Positions 28,973 to 38,953 of a DNA stretch of 64,000 nucleotides are shown piece after piece; the first letter of the stretch is position 1; each line of letters opens with the position of its first letter. This DNA comes from Candidatus Uhrbacteria bacterium. Lineage in GTDB: Bacteria > Patescibacteriota > Patescibacteriia > UBA9934 > GWF2-40-263. Made by a program: the position numbers and the translations under genes. Location of the stretch: contig JAERTI010000038.1 of assembly GCA_016844925.1 (NCBI GenBank), positions 2,936-66,935 of the forward strand, read 5' to 3'. The notes below the pieces were generated by a model. That model was given only the letters and a program-made list of their open reading frames with translations. It did not search any database and had not been told where the DNA came from.

Positions 28973-30526
28973 TTGACTCAAGTCATTCTTCTACTCGGAG
29001 CTGCTGGGTGTGGCAAGACCACGCTCATCGGCAGCATCGTTCGCAACTTCGGAGGCGATCGATCGATCGCGGTCGTCTTCAACGACGACGGGGATCCCGA
29101 GGCCACCGATCTGCCCGACGATCTCGGGCGGTTCGCCGACATCACGTCCATGACAGCAGGGTGCTTCGGATGCACCGATTCGACGGCCTTCCTGGAGTGC
29201 ATTCAGGCTCTCCAGGAGCAGGTGCCGGCACTCGACGTCATTCTGGTGGAGCCCGTGGGTTTCACCGATGCACAAGAGATGCTCGACACGCTGGCCGAGA
29301 TCCATGTGATCCCGACGGTGGTCGCACTGGTGGATGCGGCGCATCACGCACACAACCTGAAGCTGGGTACGACCGAAGGTCACGTTTTGGCCGCCGACTG
29401 CACGCTGGTCACCAAGATCGACGCTGCGGACACGAGCATGAACGTGGTCTCCTGGTCCCAGGAGCGCTGTTCGGATGTCCGGGTCTTCCGGGCTGACGAC
29501 GTCTTCGACCCGGCGACCATCAGGTTGCCAGCGCATGCGCATCATCACGACTGCGGCCACGATCACGTGCACGGCGAATCGTGCGATCACCACCATCATC
29601 ATGACGATGGTCATCATGACCATCACCACAGCCACGGACATTCCCACGGACATGTCTGCACCTTCCATGCGCGACTCGCGTCGGAGGTGAATGTCGACAC
29701 GGTCAGGGGAGTGCTCGAAGATCACCCACTGGTGCTCCGAGCCAAGGGGCTCGCTTCCAGCGGACGCTTCAGCATGGTCCAGGGGAGCTGGGACATCTCG
29801 GAGGATAGTCCGGGAGTCAGCTTCATTACCTTCTACACCGCGCCCGGCGACAGTGTCGCTGGTGAGGCGTGCCTCGAGGCCTTGCGACCGCACTACGCGG
29901 TTGGGTCCGGAGGATTGAAGGGGACGATGGCCGCCATGCGCGGAGATACCGACGTGGAGGTGGTCGAGTACCAGCTCGATGTCTGTCGCCGCAAGCCGCT
30001 GACCTTCTCCGCAGGGCATCCGGTGCCCAGTCCGGAGTGGCTCGAGGTGCTGATCCTGCTGCGACATCGGCCGGGAGTCCCTGAAGACCTGAAGCTCGCG
30101 TGTGAGGAGGTGTATGTCAATCACTGCCTCGCGTGCGCGCGTTGGTACATGGACAATCCTGGTCGCGATGGTGAACCTGTTGCCACGGCGCGCATCCACG
30201 ACATCGCCGTCGGTCTGGGGTGGTTCGTGAACAAGAACGCTGAGAGTCTGCGTCCGGAGGTGGTTCGGGAAGCCGAGCGCATCCCGGTTGCCGGCTGGCT
30301 GCGAACCTCCCTCCTGGCCCGTACGCGGATCAGTCCCAACCGGGACAAGGAGCTGGTCATCGCAGAGGACGTCGCTGTCAGTGCCGCCTGGGCACTGCGC
30401 GTCGGTCAGACTCCCCAGGACCTCAAGAGCGCCTGGGATCACAACCGGCGTCTGGCTGAGGCCTCTGGCGACGCCACGGCTGTCGAGGCCTGGGTCGCAT
30501 CCTGGGAGACGGTCGCCTCCGCGTGA
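28973..30526 (+). CDS. CobW/COG0523-like GTPase with His-rich linker and long unknown C-terminal domain
   Basis: GAAGCGKTT, GCFGC, ILVEPVG, TKID; His tract; GGGAGG SD before TTG 28973. Confidence 0.85.
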   Translation: MTQVILLLGAAGCGKTTLIGSIVRNFGGDRSIAVVFNDDGDPEATDLPDDLGRFADITSMTAGCFGCTDSTAFLECIQALQEQVPALDVILVEPVGFTDAQEMLDTLAEIHVIPTVVALVDAAHHAHNLKLGTTEGHVLAADCTLVTKIDAADTSMNVVSWSQERCSDVRVFRADDVFDPATIRLPAHAHHHDCGHDHVHGESCDHHHHHDDGHHDHHHSHGHSHGHVCTFHARLASEVNVDTVRGVLEDHPLVLRAKGLASSGRFSMVQGSWDISEDSPGVSFITFYTAPGDSVAGEACLEALRPHYAVGSGGLKGTMAAMRGDTDVEVVEYQLDVCRRKPLTFSAGHPVPSPEWLEVLILLRHRPGVPEDLKLACEEVYVNHCLACARWYMDNPGRDGEPVATARIHDIAVGLGWFVNKNAESLRPEVVREAERIPVAGWLRTSLLARTRISPNRDKELVIAEDVAVSAAWALRVGQTPQDLKSAWDHNRRLAEASGDATAVEAWVASWETVASA

Positions 30527-30615
30527 ACGCACTCGCGTTCTACAACCTTCTGTCCGGCCACCTGCTTTGCGACGGCAGAGTGGGTGGCCGAGACACTTTT
30601 TAAAACATTCGTCTT

Positions 30616-31575
30616 ATGAAAATTGCATTCGTTGGAAAGGGTGGTTCTGGTAAAAGCACCATGTCATCTCTTTTCATCAACTACCTACAAAAAAATGGCC
30701 GTTCGGTTATTGCTGTAGATGCCGATATTAACGTGCATCTTCCGACGCTTTTGGGATGCCAGATTGAATCTTGTAACGCCCTATCGCTACCAGCGAATAG
30801 CCTGAAGATAAAAGCGTATCTCAAGGGATCAAATCCACGCATTAAACAAGCTGCTTCTATTGTAAAGTCTACGCCTCCTGGCGAAGGTTCCTGTTTTTTA
30901 ACGCACCAAGCTGACAATCCGATTCTGTCTTCATTTTCATCACCGATTGGCAACGCTGGTTTTCTGCTCCACGTGGGGACCTACGACAAGGATGGGATTG
31001 GCGAAAGTTGTTACCACACAAACTTAGCAATCTTTGAGTCGCTTCTTTCCCATACACTTCTCAAAGATGATGAGTGGCTTGTAGCTGACATGGTTGCGGG
31101 TACCGATGCGTTTGCCGGAACACTGCACGCGCAATTCGATGCGATCGTTCTTGTTGTTGAGCCAACACCGGAGGGGGTGAGTGTCTTCAAGCAGTATATA
31201 GAATTAGCAGAGGTGGCAGGTGTTCAAGAGTATATTTATGCCCTCGGGAATAAGGTGGATGATGATGAGGACATTTCTTATTTGAAAGAGCACATTGGGG
31301 ACAAGCTTATTGGTTCTCTTAACCGCCAGGTTTATCTCAAGCGATCACGACAGTCAGGTGAGGCGATTGATATCGAGAAGATTGATGGGATTGAGGAGGT
31401 GTTTGATTTGATTGCAGAAGTCACACGAAGGAATAAAGAAACAGAGACACATCGAATTGCTATTTTGCATGAATTGCATCGCAAGCACGCCCAGGCTGAC
31501 TACATCGTGGCACGCCACGGTGACCTGACAGAACAAATCGATCCAGATTTTTCCTTGCATGATGTGAAGGTATGA
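30616..31575 (+). CDS. CooC/MinD-like P-loop ATPase
   Basis: GKGGSGKST, DADIN, SCYH, DMVAG, VEPT, GNKV. Confidence 0.85.
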   Translation: MKIAFVGKGGSGKSTMSSLFINYLQKNGRSVIAVDADINVHLPTLLGCQIESCNALSLPANSLKIKAYLKGSNPRIKQAASIVKSTPPGEGSCFLTHQADNPILSSFSSPIGNAGFLLHVGTYDKDGIGESCYHTNLAIFESLLSHTLLKDDEWLVADMVAGTDAFAGTLHAQFDAIVLVVEPTPEGVSVFKQYIELAEVAGVQEYIYALGNKVDDDEDISYLKEHIGDKLIGSLNRQVYLKRSRQSGEAIDIEKIDGIEEVFDLIAEVTRRNKETETHRIAILHELHRKHAQADYIVARHGDLTEQIDPDFSLHDVKV

Positions 31576-32969
31576 GTTTCAAGCTGACGCCTCGTATTCA
31601 TGAGGAGGTTGCAAACTTCTTGAGTGATAAGAAGCGTCTCTTTGAATTGACTCAGCAGCACGGATCACCTCTCAACATGCTGTTTCCCGCTCTCATGCTT
31701 CGAAACATTTCAGGGTTTCAATCGGTGCTGAAGAACAATCTTGATCGTAGTCAGATGTACTACGCACACAAGCCAAACAAATCTGCCGAGCTTCTTCATC
31801 CCATCAAAGAAGCGGGTGTGGGTGTTGATGTTGCTTCTTTAAGTGAGCTGAAGAATGCGCTGGAGGTTGGTCTCGCGCCTGAAGCTATTGAGGCAACAGG
31901 ACCCAAAAATGATCAGTTCATTCAACGAGGGGTAGAGGTTGGCATTACCTTCAATGTTGATAGTCACACGGAACTCAAGCTGGTTCTTGAGGAAAGTGCA
32001 CGCCAACGAAAGCAAACACGTGTGTATCTACGGCTAAATGGTTTTTCAGCGAAGCACACACAGGTTCGTTGGGGGGAATCTCGGTTTGGGATTCTAGTGA
32101 AGGATGTACACGCATCATTGCGATTGCTTGTAGATCACAAGGAATCGCTTAAGCTAGTCGGTTTCTCTTTTCATGTAAACGCGGGTGGTAAAAAAGAACG
32201 ATTGATTGCTATTGAAAATGCTATTGAGTGTACTCTCGAAGCTCGCAAGTTAGGTCTCAATCCTCAGTTTATGAATATTGGAGGAGGATTTCCTATTACG
32301 TATCTTGCCGATCAGGAGCAGTGGCATGACTACATATCAGCTCTCAAGCAGTCGGTGCTGGGTCGAGGTCAACGTCTCTCGTGGAATGACTCAGGGCTTG
32401 GATTTAAGAATCGTGGTGGGGCCCTTGAGGGCGGTCCAAATTTCGGAGAATTCTACCGTGAGCTTGTGAAAGAACATGAGTTAGAAGATTTGCTGAACGC
32501 GCATCTGCCTACTTACAAACAGCCCGTCAAAACGATTCTTAATGAGATGCTTATTGGGCTCGCTATAGAACCAGGGCGCGCGCTTCTTGATCAGGTGGGT
32601 GTGACGATGACTCAAGTCCTAGACGTGAAAGAAACGTCTTCGGGAGATCAGGTTGTTATTGTGGACATGAATCGCTCCAATATTAATGCGATTGACATGG
32701 AGTTCATGTGCGATCCTGTGCTCATCACTCAGAGCGAAAAATGCGATGAGCCCTTCTCGGGATTCATTGCGGGAAACCTTTGTCTTCACAGTGATTTGAT
32801 CTACCGACACAAAACATTCTTTTCACGGAAACCCTCACGGGGAGAGGTGTTCGTGTTTATCAATACCGGTGCGTACAACATGAATTTCGTTGAAAGTGCC
32901 ACACTTGGCCAACCCATTGCTGAAACAGTCATCATAAAAGACGGTGTCGTATGCTCTACAGAACGATAA
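31572..32969 (+). CDS. Fold-type III PLP decarboxylase (LysA/Y4yA-like)
   Basis: YAHKPN, DVAS, NIGGGF, EPGR, GNLCLHSD, TGAY. Confidence 0.85.
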   Translation: MSFKLTPRIHEEVANFLSDKKRLFELTQQHGSPLNMLFPALMLRNISGFQSVLKNNLDRSQMYYAHKPNKSAELLHPIKEAGVGVDVASLSELKNALEVGLAPEAIEATGPKNDQFIQRGVEVGITFNVDSHTELKLVLEESARQRKQTRVYLRLNGFSAKHTQVRWGESRFGILVKDVHASLRLLVDHKESLKLVGFSFHVNAGGKKERLIAIENAIECTLEARKLGLNPQFMNIGGGFPITYLADQEQWHDYISALKQSVLGRGQRLSWNDSGLGFKNRGGALEGGPNFGEFYRELVKEHELEDLLNAHLPTYKQPVKTILNEMLIGLAIEPGRALLDQVGVTMTQVLDVKETSSGDQVVIVDMNRSNINAIDMEFMCDPVLITQSEKCDEPFSGFIAGNLCLHSDLIYRHKTFFSRKPSRGEVFVFINTGAYNMNFVESATLGQPIAETVIIKDGVVCSTER

Positions 32970-34255
32970 CGGATCTCATCGGAAATACACCGCTTCTTGA
33001 AATTGATTCTGCTGTCCACGGTATTGATAACGTGAATCTCTTTGCAAAACTTGAATATTATAATCCCTTTGGATCTGTGAAGGATCGGGTTGTTTGGGGG
33101 ATTCTGAAGGATGATATCCAAACGATTAAACAAAATGATCAAAAGATTGTTGAGATGTCCAGTGGGAACACTGCCAAAGCACTGCAGGGCATTGCTTCTG
33201 CTCATGGGATTGCGTTTAAAACGATCACGAATCGGATCAAGGTGCCTGAGGTCAAAGATATTTTGAACATCATGGGAACAGAGATTCAGGAGCTTCCTGG
33301 AAAGAGTGATTGTCATGACCCTAATGACCCAAATGATCCTCTTGTGTATGTTCATGAAGAAATTCGCAAGCATCCGGGTAAGGTCTACTTTACGTCACAG
33401 TACAGCAATAAAAAGAACATAGATGCCCACTACAGGACAACCGGTGAAGAGCTACTGAACGACGTTGATCGTATCGATTTCTTTTTTGGTGGGGTTGGTA
33501 CATCAGGTTCGACACGCGGTACAGCAATGCGTATCCAGAAACGCGATACAGAACTGAAGACCGTTGGCGTTGTCGCTTCAAAGGGGGGATATATTCCAGG
33601 TATTCGCAACCGCGATGAGGTGCTTGAAGTTGGGTTATTTGACCCTTCGTTCTATACGGAGATATTGGAAGTGAAACCGGAAGAGGCTGTTCATGGTGAA
33701 ATTGAACTTATTCAACGATCTGGGGTGATGTGTGGCCCGACAAGCGGTGCTACCTATGAAGCTGTCAAAGCTTACTTTCAGAAGCACCCAGCGAAAAAAC
33801 CTGTGAACGTTGTCTTCATCGTGTGTGATCGTATGGAATGGTATGCGAGTTACATCGCGAAATATCGACCAGATCTTTTGGGGCTAGACAAGCCTGTTTG
33901 TGCTGCTGAAAAACTTACGGAATATGATATTCTTGATGTAGAAGAGTTGTCCCCACAAGAGGCAAAAAAGAAGTTGACCGAAGGGGCGCTTCTTATCGAT
34001 AGCAGAAGCCATGTATCCTTTAAATCGATTCACGTTGAGGGGTCTCTAAATATTCCAGAAGAAACACTGTTTGAGTGGCTTGAAAACGACGTAAAATTCT
34101 GCCCAGATAAGCCGATCATTTTTGTGTGTCCGTTCGGAAGAAGGAGCAAGCGAGCCGCGGCGATGATGAAGAGAACGGGATACGAAGCTTATTCATTGAG
34201 GGGAGGTATTCTTGCTTGGCAAGATGAGGGGCTTCCTATACACAACCATCTTTGA
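32951..34255 (+). CDS. Cysteine synthase-family PLP enzyme fused to rhodanese
   Basis: NPFGSVKDR, SSGNT, GVGTSG; C-terminal CPFGRRS...LRGGILAW. Confidence 0.88.
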   Translation: MLYRTITDLIGNTPLLEIDSAVHGIDNVNLFAKLEYYNPFGSVKDRVVWGILKDDIQTIKQNDQKIVEMSSGNTAKALQGIASAHGIAFKTITNRIKVPEVKDILNIMGTEIQELPGKSDCHDPNDPNDPLVYVHEEIRKHPGKVYFTSQYSNKKNIDAHYRTTGEELLNDVDRIDFFFGGVGTSGSTRGTAMRIQKRDTELKTVGVVASKGGYIPGIRNRDEVLEVGLFDPSFYTEILEVKPEEAVHGEIELIQRSGVMCGPTSGATYEAVKAYFQKHPAKKPVNVVFIVCDRMEWYASYIAKYRPDLLGLDKPVCAAEKLTEYDILDVEELSPQEAKKKLTEGALLIDSRSHVSFKSIHVEGSLNIPEETLFEWLENDVKFCPDKPIIFVCPFGRRSKRAAAMMKRTGYEAYSLRGGILAWQDEGLPIHNHL

Positions 34256-34259
34256 GAGT

Positions 34260-34445
34260 ATGTGCATGGTCTGCGGTGATCCTGTTCAGATACAACAAGA
34301 GGTAACGATTGTCGCAAACATGATGCAGGTGTTTGGGTCAATCCCGATCATTGCTATTTTGTCATGGCAAGCCAAGAATTTACTTCAGGCAATCAAAGAA
34401 TTTAAAGCTGGTGTGAGCAAACGATTATGCAGAAAGAAGAAATAG
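34260..34445 (+). CDS. Small CxxC membrane peptide, 61 aa
   Basis: MCMVCGDP...; hydrophobic core; fills the gap between flanking genes and overlaps the fur start. Confidence 0.55.
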   Translation: MCMVCGDPVQIQQEVTIVANMMQVFGSIPIIAILSWQAKNLLQAIKEFKAGVSKRLCRKKK

Positions 34446-34846
34446 CAAAACTGCTTAGGCAAGAGGGGATGCGTGCAACAAAAAATCGTATTCAAGTGCT
34501 TCTGTTTGTCGAGCAACAAAAGCATCCGGTTGGCATTGAGGTGCTTAGAAAAACGTTTCCCAGCATTAATGAAGTCACCTTGTACCGCATGGCATCTGAT
34601 TTTGTTGAAAAAGGTATTTGGAACGCGTGCGATTTAGGTCATGGCCACATTGATTATGAATCAGCTAATCGACCACATCACCATCATGCCGTTTGTGAAA
34701 CATGCGGAACAATTGAGGAGGTTTACGGTTGCCAAGATGAATGCCAACTCACAAAGGCGTTTCAGCGTAATGCAAAGAAGTTTCAAATATTACATACGCC
34801 AAACGCAGCTATTTTCGGTACCTGCACTGATTGTGCCAAAGTTTGA
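34427..34846 (+). CDS. Fur-family regulator (Zur/PerR-like)
   Basis: TLYR, HHHHAVCETCG, GTCTDC. Confidence 0.92.
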   Translation: MQKEEIAKLLRQEGMRATKNRIQVLLFVEQQKHPVGIEVLRKTFPSINEVTLYRMASDFVEKGIWNACDLGHGHIDYESANRPHHHHAVCETCGTIEEVYGCQDECQLTKAFQRNAKKFQILHTPNAAIFGTCTDCAKV

Positions 34847-35037
34847 TGGGTTGTGTTGAGATACAACCCAGTTTCAACCTACCTCTACAAGTTATTCCCA
34901 GAACACCATCGGTGAAAGCCGGCGGTTTTTTGTATTTATACAGTATGCCTTGCTAACAACCCTAGAGGCTGTTAGGGTACTTGTCCTCGTTAAGCAAACG
35001 TCCTTTTTGGCGTGCTGACTAGGTAGAGGAGGAATAC

Positions 35038-35925
35038 TTGAAGCTTCAATTCGTCCTGGGGGCTCATGACCCTGAAATGGATTGTATTGAATCGATTCTC
35101 CAGAGTTTGTCCGTCCCGTGTGTGTACGCCATGAGAGGTGCTCGACGAGTGCTCCCTCACCAGGCGTACCAGGTTGATGGGCTCTCAAAGCCGCTCCCCA
35201 GCGACCGTCCGACCTGCTGGGTAGAGTGCCTTCCGGAGACGAGTGAGTCAGCGCTCCTTCCAGGCGTCACGGCATATGCCGACCATCACGGCGAGCATCC
35301 CTGCGCCAGTGCGCCACCGGAACGTTTCTTTGAAGCGAGCAGTCTCGGGCAGGTCATTGGGATCCTGCGGGACACGTCTGCCATCGGTGAGGACTGGGGC
35401 ATCACTGAAGCACTGTTGTTCGAGGCGGCAAATGATCACTGCAAGTGGTCTGCCGCTTCAGGTGAGTGTCCGGGCGTTGACCCTGAGCGATTCATCGTTT
35501 GGGTGACAGGCCGGTACGCTGAATTCAACAATTGGGACCCCGTTGAATTTGCCGAGGATGTGGCGCGGGCCACGAACTTGATTGAAAAGGCTCCAAGGGT
35601 CCCATGGCTCCCTGGAGATATTGCCGACTTGTCTGCGGTTCCGCTCCCGGAACAACCGTGTGAGAGCGGTCCCTACATCCAGGGGCTCCACTACGCGACG
35701 CACATTGCGTGCATGAAGGCACGTAGGGCCTGCGTCGTCACGGCGATGCGCAAGGCGGATGGGTGTTCGGGCCTGCAGCTCAATGGCACAGGAGCGGAAA
35801 CGCCTGCTGGCAAGAGGCCCGTCGAAGTGTTCCTGAAGTATTGGGAGAAACGAGGCTTCGCGGCTCCCGATCTCTATGGAAACTCTGACCGCGGATACGC
35901 GGGGGTGTGGTTTACCTGCACTTAG
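35038..35925 (+). CDS. Hypothetical protein with DHH-like motifs
   Basis: LGAHDPEM, ADHH, SSLGQV, NDHC; GAGGAGG SD before TTG. Confidence 0.7.
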   Translation: MKLQFVLGAHDPEMDCIESILQSLSVPCVYAMRGARRVLPHQAYQVDGLSKPLPSDRPTCWVECLPETSESALLPGVTAYADHHGEHPCASAPPERFFEASSLGQVIGILRDTSAIGEDWGITEALLFEAANDHCKWSAASGECPGVDPERFIVWVTGRYAEFNNWDPVEFAEDVARATNLIEKAPRVPWLPGDIADLSAVPLPEQPCESGPYIQGLHYATHIACMKARRACVVTAMRKADGCSGLQLNGTGAETPAGKRPVEVFLKYWEKRGFAAPDLYGNSDRGYAGVWFTCT

Positions 35926-36057
35926 CCCCACGCAAGAGGTTACGTAACCTCTTTTTTTATTTTCTTAGATCAAGTTATTTAGAGTTGCGTATATTTTGTC
36001 TGGGTTTATACTGTCAGTATTAAGCTGATTCATTAATGTAAGTAACCAGCAAAATAT

Positions 36058-36453
36058 ATGAACAGATTCGGATTATTCAGGAGAGGTCCTGAGGCACCCT
36101 CACACGAAACTCCGCCAACTCAACCTAAGGTAGAGTCGGAAACTCCTCCAGAAGTGGAGAAAACCGCTGCGGAAAAGAATAAGGAGATTATGATTGACGC
36201 CATTGCAGAAAATTTTTGGAATTTGGGCATGACACAGGGGATGGGGGGATCTGTTGAAGAAAGAAAAGCTGCGGCAAGAAGCATGGCCGAAGAAGCTCTT
36301 GGAATGGTGCCGAGCAAGTACGAGACGTTACCGACACAAGAGTTGAACCAGAACAAAAGTTTCTTGGTAGCCGAGGCTGTTCGGCTTTATCAAGAATCAA
36401 AAGAGGGTGATGGAGATGTTGGGGCGGAAGAGGAGGCGTTGGCGGCTAAGTAA
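36058..36453 (+). CDS. Hypothetical protein
   Basis: 131-aa ORF, low-complexity N-terminus. Confidence 0.65.
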   Translation: MNRFGLFRRGPEAPSHETPPTQPKVESETPPEVEKTAAEKNKEIMIDAIAENFWNLGMTQGMGGSVEERKAAARSMAEEALGMVPSKYETLPTQELNQNKSFLVAEAVRLYQESKEGDGDVGAEEEALAAK

Positions 36454-36628
36454 TGCTTGTTTATTGAGCGTTCTTGGCTCAGGGTCAAGGGTTTAATGAA
36501 TGGATTCAAGACGCCTGTCACAGTTGTGGCGGGCGCTATTTATTTTGAATCGATTTCACTGCCCCTTGTAACAAGTTACCTTCTTTTGGTTAGTATCTTT
36601 ATACTGTTATTAATGAGATCTATTCTTT

Positions 36629-36907
36629 ATGGATAAACTTATGAAAAAGAACTTACTTTTCCTATTTTTGGGACTCCTTATGATCTTTGCTGTTGTGGCC
36701 TTGATCAGTGCAGGTGGCTCACAAGAGGCTGTGGTGGAGACTGAAGAAACAACTACCAGTACTTCAACTGACACCGTCACACCTGCTTCAACGATTCAAC
36801 AAAAAGATTTTTCATCAGACGGGCCTGGTGGAGAACTGTCAGATGTAGATCAACTAGAGATTCAATGGGGGCTTCCTGGAGATGTGCCGGTCCCAGGCAC
36901 GTATTAA
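36629..36907 (+). CDS. Short exported protein, possibly truncated
   Basis: Signal/TM; ends WGLPGDVPVPGTY. Confidence 0.5.
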   Translation: MDKLMKKNLLFLFLGLLMIFAVVALISAGGSQEAVVETEETTTSTSTDTVTPASTIQQKDFSSDGPGGELSDVDQLEIQWGLPGDVPVPGTY

Positions 36908-37204
36908 AAAATCACTAAACCACAGTATGTAGAGCTGTGGTTTTATGTTTGCTGTACAAGTTTTTAGTGGCGGAATACGTTGACAAAAGCGTTAAAAAAT
37001 GGTAGTCTCCTTTCCTGGCTTACAATCTGGAACCCACTCTTTCTTCCGTGGAGGAGTGGATACCGATGGGTACTAGAATCCCCAAAAAGCATTCAGAAAC
37101 ACGCATTAGCGGTTCTCCCTCTGTGAGGGATTTAGGACAATTAGTGCGTGTTTTTGGTCACGGAGACCATTGAATGCGATCAAGCCTTCAGTCCAAGAGA
37201 CAAC

Positions 37205-37765
37205 ATGAAGCGTTTTCTGATCCCCATGACCCTTATCCTTACCTCCTGCTTCGAGGGGGGTGCGAGTTTCCCCCTGGGGAAGAGTGGCTACTGCATGGGT
37301 GTTGGTCTGGGAACGGGAGAGGGGAAGCTCGAGTGGCTCGACATCGAGCTCAACGAGTGCATCCCGGAGGGATACTACGGCTGCGACCAGATCGACGTGA
37401 ACTACGATGGGGCCTTCGGTGGAGCGAGTTGCCAGGGGGCGTACGACTTCCCGGATTCCTACACCATGAGCTTCGTCACGTCTCGAGAGGTGACCCTCGC
37501 TGTGGTCTCGTGGGAGACGGACATGATGGACAGTTCTTTCAACGAGATCCTGTACCCTGTCTGGGTGGGTGATTCGAACTACGAGTTCGTCATGCACTTC
37601 CCGAACCCTGGGTACGGATCCGACGGTGACCAGATCGACTACAGCATCGACGTCTACATCGGCAACACGCTGATCGCTGACCCGGTGGTCAGCGCGACGC
37701 TCGACGGCGTCCCCGAAGACGTCGACTACGACGCACGAGACCGCGAGTACAGCTCGAGGTGGTAA
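37205..37765 (+). CDS. Acidic lipoprotein
   Basis: LTSC lipobox; C-ending codons; TTGACA-N17-TAGTCT at 36980..37008. Confidence 0.7.
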   Translation: MKRFLIPMTLILTSCFEGGASFPLGKSGYCMGVGLGTGEGKLEWLDIELNECIPEGYYGCDQIDVNYDGAFGGASCQGAYDFPDSYTMSFVTSREVTLAVVSWETDMMDSSFNEILYPVWVGDSNYEFVMHFPNPGYGSDGDQIDYSIDVYIGNTLIADPVVSATLDGVPEDVDYDARDREYSSRW

Positions 37766-37887
37766 ACAAAGACAGGGTCACTACGACCCACACGGCCGTC
37801 ATCTGCCCTCGCGCAGCTGACGGTTTTGTCTTTATCGAACTTGGTCGTTTTTTTGCAAGAATCTTTGAGGACTACTCGTTGAGGGAT

Positions 37888-38832
37888 TTAACCTTGAATG
37901 GCAAAAAGTATAAGGGAGACATAGTAGGCCCCATAGAGACCTGCGCAGATAAGCGCTTCACGTTTAGATAATTTTGCGCGTGAATAGAGCATTGTCAAAA
38001 TAACGAGTGAGGCAATAAAGAGATAGGGAAAATCAAACATGAGCAACCGCTTTTCAACAACAAAGGTGGAGATGGTTGTGGCAACACCTGTGGTCAGGAG
38101 AATATCTATAATGTTGCTTCCAATCAGGCCAGAGACGGCCATCTCTGCGCTCTTTCGTCGAAAGGCTGAGAGTGTTGTGGCGAGCTCGGGGAGACTTGTT
38201 CCCATTCCCACGAGAAGCGCTCCAATGATTGAGGTAGAGACGCCGAGCTGGATGCTGATCTCAAGAGCGGTTGAGATCGTGAGTGAGGATGCCCAGATGA
38301 GCAGGATAAATCCACCTATGATGGAGACGATCGACCATCCGATATTGACGTGTGTGGCCGTGCGAACTTTTTTTACAAAGCCTTCTTCGCGAACCAGGAG
38401 TAAGAGGTAGAGCCCATAAAGAATGATCATGACGAGGCCTTCTGGACGAGAAAGTGTTCCGTTGAGTGCAAATAAAAATAACAGGAGGATAGAGGTGCAC
38501 ATGACGATCCCGTCGCGGAGAAGAAGTTTTTTTCGAATGACCGTCACACCGAGAAAACCGGCGACTCCCATCATGAGTCCCATTTGACTCATGACCGTTC
38601 CCAATGTTTCCCCAAGGACAAGACCTGAGGTTTCCACGCCTTGCAGGCGCTGGATGGCCGCATTGATTCCCACAACAAATTCTGGAAGGTCAGTTCCAAA
38701 AGCCAAGATGGTTAATCCAAAAAAGACACGGGAAATTTTAAAACGATCGGAAAGCTCGATGGAGGCACGGATGGCGAGCTCGGCACCAATCCAGAGTCCA
38801 AGGATTCCGAGCGCAAGATAGAAGAACGGCAT
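37888..38832 (-). CDS. Ca2+/Na+ antiporter (YrbG family)
   Basis: GTDLPE and GTSLPE alpha repeats; GSNI. Confidence 0.92.
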   Translation of the reverse strand: MPFFYLALGILGLWIGAELAIRASIELSDRFKISRVFFGLTILAFGTDLPEFVVGINAAIQRLQGVETSGLVLGETLGTVMSQMGLMMGVAGFLGVTVIRKKLLLRDGIVMCTSILLLFLFALNGTLSRPEGLVMIILYGLYLLLLVREEGFVKKVRTATHVNIGWSIVSIIGGFILLIWASSLTISTALEISIQLGVSTSIIGALLVGMGTSLPELATTLSAFRRKSAEMAVSGLIGSNIIDILLTTGVATTISTFVVEKRLLMFDFPYLFIASLVILTMLYSRAKLSKREALICAGLYGAYYVSLILFAIQG

Positions 38833-38953
38833 AGGGTCTTTTGGAAGTAAGGCTGTTTTTATTATACAAGCTTTCGGAGCTCTTGTTTTGAAATGAACGA
38901 CTGGAGAGGTTCATGTTATGATGTTTCTGAACTAAGACAATCTATTTTGATCT

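Noticed and set aside
15821-30532. Long antisense ORFs 15821..17581, 22143..24773, 24496..25362, 28991..30532
   Set aside because: They lie opposite motif-bearing genes and are an expected artefact of stop-poor high-GC3 sequence
31572-34255. Calling these genes lysA and cysK
   Set aside because: Motif variants, the rhodanese fusion and the metal-operon context suggest a different function, so no symbols were assigned
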